Assembly (NCBI GenBank): GCA_977862235.1
Contig: OZ374559.1
Coordinates: forward strand, 682,001 to 746,000
DNA length: 64,000 bases
Source of the DNA: Dudresnaya verticillata
Taxonomy: Eukaryota
Reading direction: 5' to 3'
Under the pieces are notes generated by a model. The model did not search any database and was not told the DNA's origin. It saw nothing but the letters and a program-made list of their open reading frames with translations. Below are positions 1-10,222 of this stretch, piece by piece. Each line of letters starts with the position of its first letter. Within the stretch, counting starts at the first letter, position 1. Made by a program: the position numbers and the translations under genes.

Positions 1-241
1 CAGTGAGAAAGGTGTGGCATGTAAAGTGTGCATTCTGTTGAATTGGAGCCTACCCTACTCAGAGCACCTCCCGGGCACTGGTGAAGCAGAGACTTAGCTG
101 ATAAGGATGTCATCTGCAATAATGCAACAATGGCGAATCTGTGCCCAAGTGTTCAATTTACTGGGCACGTGTGCGCTAACAGAAGACGCTCCTTTTCAAG
201 GCACCTGACAGTCTCAGCAACAATAATAGCGCGTTCCACGC

Positions 242-2098
242 CTACGCAGTCATGTATGAAGACTGATCCACAGTGTCAGGGAGCTCGGACAATGCAACCT
301 CAAAGCGAGATTGCACGTCCTGAAGAACCCCCGAGTCCTCCTCAGAGCTGACGAAGGAAATAGCCAGACCCTTTGTTCCAAAACGACCCGCACGACCGAC
401 ACGATGCATGTAACTGTCCGCGCTCTCGGGCATGTCATAGTTGATGACAATATTGACACGCTCAATGTCGATGCCGCGTCCGAAGATATCCGTCGCAACT
501 AGGGTGCGCTTCTGGAAGTCCTTGAATGCCTTGTAACGCTTGATTCTCTCCTCCTGACGGATACCAGAATGGATATCAATGGATGGGAAGTTGCATTTCA
601 TGAGTAGCTTGTTGAGCTCAATTGCACGAGGAACACTTTTCACAAAGATCACTACTTGGTTGAACTGAAGAGCATCGAGGATATCCGACAGTTTACGGTT
701 CTTCTCTGCCTCCTGTAACTTGACAAAGTATTGAAGCAGCCCATGGAGAGTGAGTTTGCTTTCGTCATCGACAAGAACCTCCATCGGACTCTGCATGAAC
801 TTCTTCGAAACAATACGCATTTCCTTGGAAAGGGTTGCCGTGAACATCATGACCTGCTTCTCACGTGGGGTCTCCCTGAAAATCTGCTGCACATCGCGGC
901 GCATATCGAGCTCTCGAAGGACCCGGTCGCACTCGTCCAGAACAAAGAACTTGACCTTGTCGACCTTCAACGCCTTCTGCTTAACGAGATCCTTGATACG
1001 GCCAGGAGTTCCCACAACAATCTGGGGCGGGTTACTCTGCAGTAAGTCCTTGTGCTGACGCACCGGTACACCTCCGTAAATCACGGAGGTACGAATGTTG
1101 GGAAGATACTTTGAGAATCGCTTAAACTCATGAGCGATCTGATAGGCAAGCTCTCGGGTGTGGCCGAGAATGACGCAGCTGACTTCGCCATCCACCGGTT
1201 CAATCTGTTGCAAGACAGCGAGCGTAAAGACAGCAGTCTTACCCATTCCAGCCTTAGCCTGACAGAGCACATCCATTCCGAGGACTGCCTGCGGAATACA
1301 CTCGTGCTGGACCTCAGACGGATGCTCAAAACCGCAGTCCTGAATAGCACGAAGCAATTCTGGCTTCAGGAGGAAGTCCTTGAAACCAGCAGAGTGAATG
1401 CCGACATAAGTGCCCCTGAATTACGATAGGTACAAGAAAACAAGAAGGGAGTTACGCGCACAACGGATGATACAAAGTAATGGGTTAGCGTTTTGAGGAA
1501 GAGTGTGGGAGGCATTCGGAGATTGCATCGAGGCCATGGTACTCCTAAATGGCTGACGGAGTTGCATGCGCGTTTGCCGAGCCCCGTCCCCGCGATTAGT
1601 GCTGCAGTCAGCAGATGTGCAGCAGCAGAACATGCAAATAGGCTGGACCGCGTTTTCCTGCTGCAGTAGATGAAGAAGAACTCTTCCACTAACCAAAACA
1701 GTGGACCGTGACAGTAGGGACACTCCCAGGTGATTCCCGAATGTGTCTGAACAGCTCAGTCATCAAACAATGACCGCTGGAGCAGCACTCTTTCGACAGA
1801 GCTGCTTGACAGGATATGCCAGGCAGCTCAGCGGGTTCCAGAATAGAACATTCCAGGCTGGCCGATACGGATGAGGACGGAAGATGGACAAAGGCGACCA
1901 AATCGCGGGGCGGGGCAGGGCGGGAAAGACTCAAGTCGCAGCCGCAAAATCGGGGAGTGGTGGATGAGCTCACTTTTTTGTGGAGTCCTTGTCATTTTCG
2001 GTGGGGCTTTCCGCCACAGTGGACTCGTCTTCCTCCTCGTAGTCGACGAGGTCTTCCTCGCCGAGCTCATCGGGCTTCGGGAATTTTTCGACCTGCAT
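242..2098 (-). CDS. UAP56: DECD-box RNA helicase UAP56/DDX39/SUB2, copy 1; join(2098..1974,1415..242), 432 aa
   Basis: Motifs [32 protein letters not shown] and the N-terminal [13 protein letters not shown] intron (1973..1416) splices in frame to give ...[28 protein letters not shown]. Confidence 0.96.
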
Positions 2099-2454
2099 GC
2101 TGAAGCAGCTTGTCACGGGAGTCTTGATACGATTGGATTCGATTGTGCTGCGGGAGAGAGCGAACACGGTTGGGCGGGCATGAAAAGGATGTCGGTCTGG
2201 GTCAGGCAAAGAAGGGGGGATGCAGCGCTGTAGACTCTCTACTTAAACTGTTCGGGTTGGGCGGGAGGAAGCCTCGCGGCGGTGACGGTCGGTCGTTTGT
2301 TTTTTACCCTTTCCCACAGCTTTGCTCCTTGGATTAATGTGAAGGTATGTGTGTTTTTTTGCGTTTTATGGACATTTTTGCGCACGGCCCGTTCAGGACC
2401 CCAACGCATCCCAGAAAGGCCCACTGGTCCACAGACTCAATCTAATCTCGTACA

Positions 2455-3382
2455 CTGCAGTATGGGTTCAGAAACTTTTCAGTCCATGTGTATACAAACA
2501 GAGCTTGTTACCTCATAGCTAGTACCACGAGTTTCCGTTTATCTCATCTGGCTTCATAATGAGCATTTGCATTGTGGTAGTACTGTTTTCTTTTGAAGCC
2601 AGCTGCAGTTGACCTCAGGCTTTTTGTATTTACAGTTTGAGGAAGCTGGTTTGTGTTCGATTCTCAATAAATATCGCTACTTAGAACCCTCGGTAGGATC
2701 TCAACATGGATGTATCTACATGGCCCAAAACCTATCTGCCTACTGAAGTATTCAGCCTAGGTAGAAGCGACTGCACTCACATACACGTCGTCTTAAGTCT
2801 CTCAACTCTCTCACAAGCCTTCCCACTGCTACATTCTGCTGGAACCTCGGTACATATTCTAGTAATGACCAGTCGAGTAGAAAGGGCGCTCGCAACTAGG
2901 CTTTCAGTTACTCTAGATAACCCGGACCATCGTAGAATCAATGGAAAGAGGTCTTGCAAGAAGTGTCCTAAAGTACCTTGCAACGCTTGAAGAAGACCTT
3001 CTCGTGTCCATATCTTAAAACATTCCCAATGTCTGTTTCGGAAGTCGAGCCTTGCAAACCATCGACTAACAATAAGTCCTACATTCTGTGAAAACTTTCA
3101 CACAGGACTTTCACGAAAGTCCTGTACTATCTCGCCATTTCATACAAATATACCCACATCCTACAATCGAGATATAGCACGAAGCTCATTTTCAACACCA
3201 GCGACTGTGGCTCCCCATCCGGCGAACAAACCCCTTGAGAAGCTGGCGGCCATAATGTTCAAATCTGACTTCTCAAAGCGCGCCAACTCGCACTCCACCT
3301 TGTAACTCGCATAGGTCCAGCAAAAAGTATAAAAAGATGCTGTCACCTGGTAGCTAACACTAAGATTTTCCGGTGATGATGA
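2455..3382 (+). mobile_element. Degenerate interspersed repeat (family C), probably the 3' part of a non-LTR element ending in a (GAT)n tail
   Basis: A diverged copy lies at 23831..24664, and both end in CCGGTGATGATGA(TG). No intact ORF. Confidence 0.6.
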
Positions 3383-4755
3383 ATAGCGCAACAGATGGCC
3401 TATCATCTGTTGCGCCATTGCTCCGGTGCTTGCAAGCTGATCTATACTGTACGAACTGCCCCGCCGCATATAACCTTTCCTGAGGCCGATCTATTCGACC
3501 AAGGGCAGCGAAGGGCATTCGAACGTATTCATCACTCGCTTCCAGACGATTCCTGGAGTTGTGCGACACTCCCGCTTGAATATGGAGGGCTTGGCCTCAC
3601 CTCTGCTACCGCGCTTGTCGAGCTTTCCTATATCAGTTCTGTAATGGGTGTTTGGGATTTGTTCACTACTTTGGTCTCGCCTGGGCTTTCCATGTTCGCT
3701 TGCCCCGACTCACGGCAGCGGACTTTGGCTCGAACCTGTAATACCATGTGTACTCGCTTTGGATTATCTAGCGATCATCACTTTTCAACTCTCCTCTCTC
3801 GTACCCGAAAGAGAGGTTACATCCCCCATTTGCAAGAAGAACTCCCCGCGAAGGTTCACTCTCGCGTTTTGGATAATTACTGGCCCTCCGTCCGTTCGAC
3901 TGACATACAAGATAGTGTGTCAAAAGGAACCGGATTCTCTCCTGTTGTAGTTTGGAAACTCGTATGGCCTTTACCGCATTCCCCGATCCACGCCGAGGCA
4001 CCTCTGTGTCACCTGCTATATGGGCTACCATGTTAGACTTGCGTTTGGGCGCACCTGTATTTGCGCCAGATCTCCCTTGTTCTGCTTGTCTCTCCGTTTC
4101 CGGCTGCGTAGTTTCCCTTGAACGTTTTGGGGTATCATGCTTCGACATGTCCCTGTGCCCATGGGTCCACTCGTCGTCACAATTCTATTAGGGATCCCCT
4201 TTTTTCTCGTCTCCGTCACCCCTCTATCGGGCTTTCTGTAACGAGAGAGCAGTCTTTTACTTTCCAGGATGATCTTCGACGATTGGACCTGGTGCTGGGT
4301 GATCCTGCCTTTTCTGCTTCATGCATTGGTTATGACCTTACTATTGTTGCTCCCTCTACTGCCCGCGCTGTGTCCAAGGCAGCTGAAATTCCTGCAGGGG
4401 CCACCCCCGTCGCTGAATGGGACAAGCATCGCAAGTACCGCACCGCTTGTGCAGCGCATTGTATTAAGTTTCAGCCGCTGGGCTTTGACATTCACGGTGG
4501 CATTGGCCCCGAATGCCGTACCGCACTACAAAAACTCGCTGCTTTCCTGGCCACGCGCCTGGGGACAAATCCTGCTATTGAATACCATTCGTTAGTTTCA
4601 CCACTGGTTTCTGGCATTCTCCAGCTCACCGCTCTTGCCGTGAATCGTCGATATCCAGTTAGTCCAGGCCTTCCAATAGTCATCAGCGGCTAAGCCATTA
4701 GGGGTTTCCGCCGTTCGTCTTGCTTCAATAAAGGTGTGATGATGATGATGATGAT
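3383..4755 (+). mobile_element. 5'-truncated, frameshifted CRE-like non-LTR retrotransposon (family B): RT C-terminus, Zn knuckle and RLE endonuclease
   Basis: Three frames give LPLEYGGLGL, CSAC..GYHASTC, RRHN, RLD..YDLTIV, AEWDKHRKY and PLGFDIHG. AATAAA is followed by a (GAT)n tail. TSD GTGATGATGA at 3373..3382 and 4756..4765. Confidence 0.9.
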
Positions 4756-4810
4756 GTGATGATGATGGTGCGGGTCATGTCTTTTTCCATAAAAAAGCAT
4801 AAAAATAAGA

Positions 4811-5797
4811 GATGGAGACCTTTATGCATAGGAAAGACTACAGCCCCGTAAGGGGGCTTATCTAAAACTCATCTGAAAGGCGACGGTCGAAGAGTAAACG
4901 GCGGTTAACAGCCACCGCGACAGATTGAAGTACAAGAGAGGTGAGGTGGGTGAGAAGAGATAGTTTCTCAGATATCGGCGAAGTGCCCTTCATAGCAGCT
5001 AAGAAATTCGCCACGCGCTGAGCGCCTCGATCGAACCCAGAACCAATGGCACCATAGATGTCCATCACCATAGGATGGAGTTCTATTCGTTTGGTAGGAC
5101 ATAAGCGACGATAATGACGGGCTTTAGCTTGCTCGCGGCGGTGAATAGCTTGATGTTGAGAGCGAGGCGTTTTGGACTGTGTAGTTGGATGGTGTGGGGT
5201 CACCACGGAGACGTCAAATGCTTGCGGGAGGGGAGCAAACGCAGGGTCATCAATATAGAGATCCATACGAAGATGGTCATGTCGGTCTTCTTCGAAACGG
5301 TCTTCAGTACGTTGTAATTGACGGGCATCACGACGCCTTTCTGAAGCAGTGCGTGCAGAAGACGCCATAAATCGGGAATCCCCAGTCTCCTCTAGGTAGG
5401 AAAAGTTGCGTTCAAGCTGAACAGTAACGCCATGGTTCCGAGCAGTATTACGAAAGAAAGCCCCAAGTTGATTTCGGAGGGTATCATCGCGGCGAATGCT
5501 GCCAGTTCCCGACCGACAGATTGTGGCATGGTGTCCAAAGATATCAAGGAGTGGAACTTCAGCGGGTGTGCCATGGAGACAAGCAGGACAAGGGTGATCA
5601 CCACGGAAGATCGCCACACCCAGTCTGAGTTTGAGCATGGTGAGCCATATGTCGGGTTGCACGCGGGTAGAAGAAGATGCATATGGGAGGGCACTGAAAG
5701 GGCGGCTAGAGTTGACAGTAGAGGTAGATTGAATCCGTACTCGGGCACGAGAGCTATGCTGAGTAGTCATGTGGGACATGAGGTCGTGTCGCAATTT
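4811..5797 (-). mobile_element. 3' part of the family A CRE-like element, duplicated as part of the inverted arm
   Basis: Reverse complement of 13394..14380; ORF 4862..5794 equals the C-terminal 310 aa of ORF 11324..14329. Confidence 0.95.
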
Positions 5798-7855
5798 GGA
5801 GGGTGCGAGCGATCAATGATGGCTCCCACAGGACCATTACGCCCGGAAACCTGGTCACAGGCGCGATGGGCATCCACCCAACGCCAAGCCAACGAGTGGG
5901 CCGGGATTGGGGCATCCTGTTTCGTGATTCGGATGTTAACATTTGGTATTTGGGACCCTCCCCAGCGACCCTTCACAGCTGGTGCTATCCTGCCTGCGGT
6001 GCCACAGTCAAAGATGGATATGCGTTTCGCCAAGTCGGATCTGGAGGAAGGATGCAAAGTTGGTACATACCAACGCGTGTCCGAAGTGTACGCGAAGAAG
6101 AAGGTGCAGCAAGGCTGTTACGTGTCCTCCGCATTTGTGGAATGGAGTTCCGGCAAAGGTCGATTCGTTATCAACCTAAAACGCCAGTCATCGCATTGGG
6201 ACAAGAAGTCTGTTATGATGGAATCGCTCAGCTCCTTTGCTTCCTGCCTTGTTCAAGGGGACCACATGCTGTCGTTCGACTGGAAGAGTGGATATCGACA
6301 TTTCCGACTCCACTCACGCATGTGGGATTGGTTCTTGTTTCACTACGACGGCTGTTTCTACCGCTGCATTGCATTACCTTTCGGTTGGACGAGGTCACCC
6401 TACTGGTTTTGCCATCTCCTAAGTCCGCTGACTCGGTATATGCGCTCTGCATTGTATTGCCGCGTCCTCCAATGGATAGACGATTACCTCCTCGTCCCTG
6501 GAAACGGTTCTTCGCCCAGCACCTCAAAGGACTGCGAGGATCTCTCGTCAGCTCTGGACGTCCTGTTCAACCGACTGGGATTATTGAGACACCCATCCAA
6601 AGGCGTCTGGGGATCCGGCGCCACTACCCTGTCCCATCTCGGAGTTACAATAGATACAGTAGCATTTCGCTACTTTGTAACCCAGGAGAAGCTAGGGAAA
6701 CTGCAAGATCATGCGGCTTCCTTGCTCAAGACAGCAGCCAAAGGTTCTCGGTGGGTACGGGAGCGGTCTATAGCAGAATTTACGGGACGCGCTATATCCC
6801 AGCTGCTCCCCCTCCCTCTTGCACGTTTCTTCACGAGGAGCTTGTACGACGACATGAAGAACTCCAAACCGCGGAGAGGAAGGTATCCGGAGCAATGTGT
6901 GCGCCTTTCAAATGCAGGCCTTCGAGATCTCAAGGCTTGGCGACATATGCTACAGGGGGATGGCAGATTGATAGGTGGCGGCAACCCACATTGGAACCTG
7001 CACACGGACGCTGCAGATGTAGGTTTTGGAGGAACGCTGGGGCGGAATATGGCTGCTGGCTCTCCCGGAGACGTGGAAGTTCAAGGTATATGGTCTCCGT
7101 TCTTGCGTCTCAAATCTATTACTCACCGCGAGCTTTTAGCCGTCCGACTCTCATTGCAGTCCGATCTAGTCCACGCTCGAGTCTCTGGTACCCACGAGAG
7201 GCTGATTCTACATGTGGACAACATGAGCGTATTTTATATTATCAACAACATGGTATCCAGTACCCCGGAGCTAATGGACGAGCTACGCGCCCTTCACCAA
7301 GTCTTGGTGGAGATGAAAGTCACCCTACGCGCCGTATGGCTTCCTTCCGCGGTCAACAAGCATGCGGATCGCCTCAGCCGTACCTGGAATCCGAAGGACC
7401 TGAAAGCGACTCCTTCACTGATGCAATCGTTGCAGGAGTCCTTGCAGCTTCAGCGGATACGGCGTTATTGGCCTCTAGGGGACGCCCCGGCGGCTCGAGC
7501 CAAGGTAATCAAGGCGCAACTGGGAGAGTTCTGGGGAGACGGCCAGAGCAGACTCTGGAACCCTCCCCCCCAGTCGATAGCAACCACACTCCTCAAGATC
7601 GAGAAAGAGCGAGCTCACGGCGTGGTGGTGGTTCCGCACTGGACGGGAGCCAGCTGGTACAATTTGTTGCGTCGCGTCTGCCTATCGTCACGTGTGGTCC
7701 CATCGACAGAGGGCCCCCTCTTCGACTCCGTATCCGTGAATCCGGCTTGGGCACTCGAGCTGGCCGAAGTTGGACCCCGGCACAAGCAGCAGTCCAAGCT
7801 TCCATCGAGACTCAGCTCCCTAGAACTTCGGTTGGGCGCGCAAGCCGAAGACTAG
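5798..7855 (+). CDS. DIRS pol: reverse transcriptase, RNase H and a degenerate adenine-methyltransferase-like C-terminus (5' end missing)
   Basis: RT: GKGRFVINLK, SFDWKSGYRH, ALPFGW, WIDDYL, HLG. RNase H: HTDAADVGFGG, ITHRELLAV, HVDNMS, NKHADRLSR. C-terminus: WNPPP..VVVPHWTGASWY. Confidence 0.9.
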   Translation, partial: GGCERSMMAPTGPLRPETWSQARWASTQRQANEWAGIGASCFVIRMLTFGIWDPPQRPFTAGAILPAVPQSKMDMRFAKSDLEEGCKVGTYQRVSEVYAKKKVQQGCYVSSAFVEWSSGKGRFVINLKRQSSHWDKKSVMMESLSSFASCLVQGDHMLSFDWKSGYRHFRLHSRMWDWFLFHYDGCFYRCIALPFGWTRSPYWFCHLLSPLTRYMRSALYCRVLQWIDDYLLVPGNGSSPSTSKDCEDLSSALDVLFNRLGLLRHPSKGVWGSGATTLSHLGVTIDTVAFRYFVTQEKLGKLQDHAASLLKTAAKGSRWVRERSIAEFTGRAISQLLPLPLARFFTRSLYDDMKNSKPRRGRYPEQCVRLSNAGLRDLKAWRHMLQGDGRLIGGGNPHWNLHTDAADVGFGGTLGRNMAAGSPGDVEVQGIWSPFLRLKSITHRELLAVRLSLQSDLVHARVSGTHERLILHVDNMSVFYIINNMVSSTPELMDELRALHQVLVEMKVTLRAVWLPSAVNKHADRLSRTWNPKDLKATPSLMQSLQESLQLQRIRRYWPLGDAPAARAKVIKAQLGEFWGDGQSRLWNPPPQSIATTLLKIEKERAHGVVVVPHWTGASWYNLLRRVCLSSRVVPSTEGPLFDSVSVNPAWALELAEVGPRHKQQSKLPSRLSSLELRLGAQAED

Positions 7856-8820
7856 CTTCATATGCACTCGCTTCCACGACAGGGGCTTCGAAGTCAAGCC
7901 AGTGGAAGAAGTTTGCCACGTTCTGTGCGCAGGAAGACCTCATGGCACTGCCCGCGGCCAAAGGGTCTGTCCTGGCATATGTCGGATTCCTTTTCGAAGA
8001 AGGGAGAGTGCATTCCCGATCCATCGACCATTACGTCTCGGCTATACGGACAAGGCATCAACGCGACGGATTTCCAGATCCTTGCCAGGGACCAGCACTG
8101 AGCGACCTCGTTCGGGCTTTTAAACGGGAGGACGACGGACGAGGATCACTACAAGATGTTCGTGTGGCCCTCCCCGGGTCTACCATATGGCGTATTAGAT
8201 GCTTCGGCTTGACACAGAAGGCGGGTTCCGTTCTGCACCGCGATTCGGCTCTTATCGAGTTTCAGTACCTCATGATGTGGCGTGAATCGTCTGCACGGTC
8301 TATTGAAAAGCAGGATGTATCGGTTACGCATTATACCTCGGGAACTACAGCCTACATTTCGATATCCGCACGCCCACGCTCCTTCAAAGGCCGCCCGGTC
8401 CGCGGCATTGAGGCTCACGCACTGGTTTGTGCCGGATCAGGAGAAGATAACGCGTTGGCACTGCAGGATTCTTTCTTTAAGCACCAGACATTCTCCTCTC
8501 CATCGAGTTTGTATTGGTCACTGGATGGCATGACAATGTCCCCACAATGTGTGACCCGAGCTTTGCAAAACATCCTAGAGAGTTTATCAGTGGTGCCTCC
8601 GGCGTTTGGGTTTTATGCCTCACACAGTTTGCGAAGCGGTGCTGCGACGGCTTTAGTCCTACTAGGTGTTCCGCTCCCGGTGATTGTTCAACGTGGGGGT
8701 TGGCGCACATCCAGAATGGTCATCAATGTTTACTTCGACGGTCGACTCCGTCAAGACTCGGAAATGGAGCGCTACTTCTGGTCGCTCTTGCCAAACACAT
8801 CACTCCCGTCCCTGCAATAG
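5803..8820 (+). CDS. DIRS tyrosine recombinase ORF (YR domain from about 7860; the upstream part overlaps pol in another frame)
   Basis: RDSAL..MWRES (catalytic R), HSLRSGAAT (HxxR), GGWRTSRMVINVY (W and catalytic Y). The true start codon is uncertain. Confidence 0.88.
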   Translation: MRAINDGSHRTITPGNLVTGAMGIHPTPSQRVGRDWGILFRDSDVNIWYLGPSPATLHSWCYPACGATVKDGYAFRQVGSGGRMQSWYIPTRVRSVREEEGAARLLRVLRICGMEFRQRSIRYQPKTPVIALGQEVCYDGIAQLLCFLPCSRGPHAVVRLEEWISTFPTPLTHVGLVLVSLRRLFLPLHCITFRLDEVTLLVLPSPKSADSVYALCIVLPRPPMDRRLPPRPWKRFFAQHLKGLRGSLVSSGRPVQPTGIIETPIQRRLGIRRHYPVPSRSYNRYSSISLLCNPGEARETARSCGFLAQDSSQRFSVGTGAVYSRIYGTRYIPAAPPPSCTFLHEELVRRHEELQTAERKVSGAMCAPFKCRPSRSQGLATYATGGWQIDRWRQPTLEPAHGRCRCRFWRNAGAEYGCWLSRRRGSSRYMVSVLASQIYYSPRAFSRPTLIAVRSSPRSSLWYPREADSTCGQHERILYYQQHGIQYPGANGRATRPSPSLGGDESHPTRRMASFRGQQACGSPQPYLESEGPESDSFTDAIVAGVLAASADTALLASRGRPGGSSQGNQGATGRVLGRRPEQTLEPSPPVDSNHTPQDRERASSRRGGGSALDGSQLVQFVASRLPIVTCGPIDRGPPLRLRIRESGLGTRAGRSWTPAQAAVQASIETQLPRTSVGRASRRLASYALASTTGASKSSQWKKFATFCAQEDLMALPAAKGSVLAYVGFLFEEGRVHSRSIDHYVSAIRTRHQRDGFPDPCQGPALSDLVRAFKREDDGRGSLQDVRVALPGSTIWRIRCFGLTQKAGSVLHRDSALIEFQYLMMWRESSARSIEKQDVSVTHYTSGTTAYISISARPRSFKGRPVRGIEAHALVCAGSGEDNALALQDSFFKHQTFSSPSSLYWSLDGMTMSPQCVTRALQNILESLSVVPPAFGFYASHSLRSGAATALVLLGVPLPVIVQRGGWRTSRMVINVYFDGRLRQDSEMERYFWSLLPNTSLPSLQ

Positions 8821-9197
8821 ACTACGACGTGTAGCTCGCCATGTTCTAGTCCCTGCCGCTCTACATCGTCTCCGAAATCGGTTTTTCATGTTGTGTCAAA
8901 GATGCCGCTTTACAGGTATGAAAAGACTGACCAAGAACAGCGAACTTCGCTGAGCGTCCCGAAGGGGTATCTAGGGTACTGTATATGGTCCACCGAATAG
9001 TTGTCACCAGGATTGACGCCGACTCAAGATGGTTCACAAATGCAGGACGCTAATTTGGGTACAGTGCCGAAAATGGTGTCAACAACAGTGACTCCCAATA
9101 CGAGTCCCGGGCGATACTCCGCAATGCCTTGTACGCTACTCTCGGGGACATCTAGGCTGTACTTAAGGGAGCCGGAAACTCTTCGTAGAGAGTTCCG

Positions 9198-9283
9198 CAA
9201 GTTCATCCTTTTCCCGCCCTCCCTCCCTAAGGATTTGACACTCACAAGTTCATCCTTTTCCTCCTCCTTCCTATACCTTGACA
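9198..9283. repeat. Imperfect tandem duplication (period 47 bp) in the DIRS 3' non-coding region
   Basis: CAAGTTCATCCTTTTCC at 9198 and 9245, each followed by a pyrimidine tract and TTGACA. Confidence 0.75.
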
Positions 9284-9381
9284 AGAGCGCCTAGAAGTGC
9301 TTCTATCCTCTTATCTTAGTTGTCATCGGTTTGTCAAATGGAGTTCTATTTACAAGTAAAGGCTTCCATTTCTTTTCATGA

Positions 9382-9943
9382 GCTTGACAGGATATGCCAG
9401 GCAGCTCAGCGGGTTCCAGAATAGAACATTCCAGGCTGGCCGATACGGATGAGGACGGAAGATGGACAAAGGCGACCAAATCGCGGGGCGGGGCAGGGCG
9501 GGAAAGACTCAAGTCGCAGCCGCAAAATCGGGGAGTGGTGGATGAGCTCACTTTTTTGTGGAGTCCTTGTCATTTTCGGTGGGGCTTTCCGCCACAGTGG
9601 ACTCGTCTTCCTCCTCGTAGTCGACGAGGTCTTCCTCGCCGAGCTCATCGGGCTTCGGGAATTTTTCGACCTGCATGCTGAAGCAGCTTGTCACGGGAGT
9701 CTTGATACGATTGGATTCGATTGTGCTGCGGGAGAGAGCGAACACGGTTGGGCGGGCATGAAAAGGATGTCGGTCTGGGTCAGGCAAAGAAGGGGGGATG
9801 CAGCGCTGTAGACTCTCTACTTAAACTGTTCGGGTTGGGCGGGAGGAAGCCTCGCGGCGGTGACGGTCGGTCGTTTGTTTTTACCCCTTCCCACAGCGTT
9901 GCTTCTTGGACAAAAAATGAAGATGTGTGTTCTTATTTTTATG
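9382..9943 (-). pseudogene. UAP56: Third, partial UAP56 copy: promoter, exon 1 (9676..9552) and 5' part of the intron, cut by the DIRS element
   Basis: Matches 1804..~2300 at offset 7578 with identical ORF translations, then shows diverged similarity up to 9943. No exon 2. Confidence 0.93.
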
Positions 9944-10222
9944 ACTCTTCCTCTTTCCCCTGCTCTGCTTATTGAGCCCTTGTTTCTGCATTCTGGCCTC
10001 AATCTTTCCGTGCTTCGTTTCTACCTCTTCCCCGCCCTGCCGCGCGTTAGTGCACCGCTTTTCGCTGCCGTCGCCGGCGTATTCTTCCCGCGCGCTTCGG
10101 GGGGAGAACTTGCTGTTCGAGTTCGTGCTACTCCTTTGTGTTCCGTCTTCACGCTTGGCGCTGCTTCCACTCCGGTTCGACTCCATCTCGCAGTGCTGTG
10201 TTACCCTCTATCTTTTCCCAAT

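Larger units (their letters stand above)
1..5797. repeat. Left arm of a large, near-perfect inverted repeat (partner 13394..19190); may extend beyond the window's left edge
   Basis: Position n pairs with 19191-n (e.g. ORF 242..1357 vs 17834..18949). ORF translations are mirrored and identical except for one substitution noticed at 2934/16257. Identity stops after GCAATTT at 5797. Confidence 0.97.
5798..9381 (+). mobile_element. DIRS-type tyrosine-recombinase retrotransposon, 5'-truncated (no gag or left terminus visible)
   Basis: An RT-RNaseH-methyltransferase-like ORF is overlapped by a YR ORF. The left end abuts the palindrome arm; the right end abuts UAP56 intron sequence at 9382. Confidence 0.9.

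Noticed and set aside
5432..5797. Genuine N-terminus or gag for the 807-aa ORF
   Set aside because: It is the antisense strand of the CRE fragment joined at the breakpoint.
8820..9381. DIRS internal complementary region or split direct repeats
   Set aside because: Only a 9-bp complement (ATGAAAAGA/TCTTTTCAT) and weak similarity were found; the left terminus is missing, so it cannot be tested.
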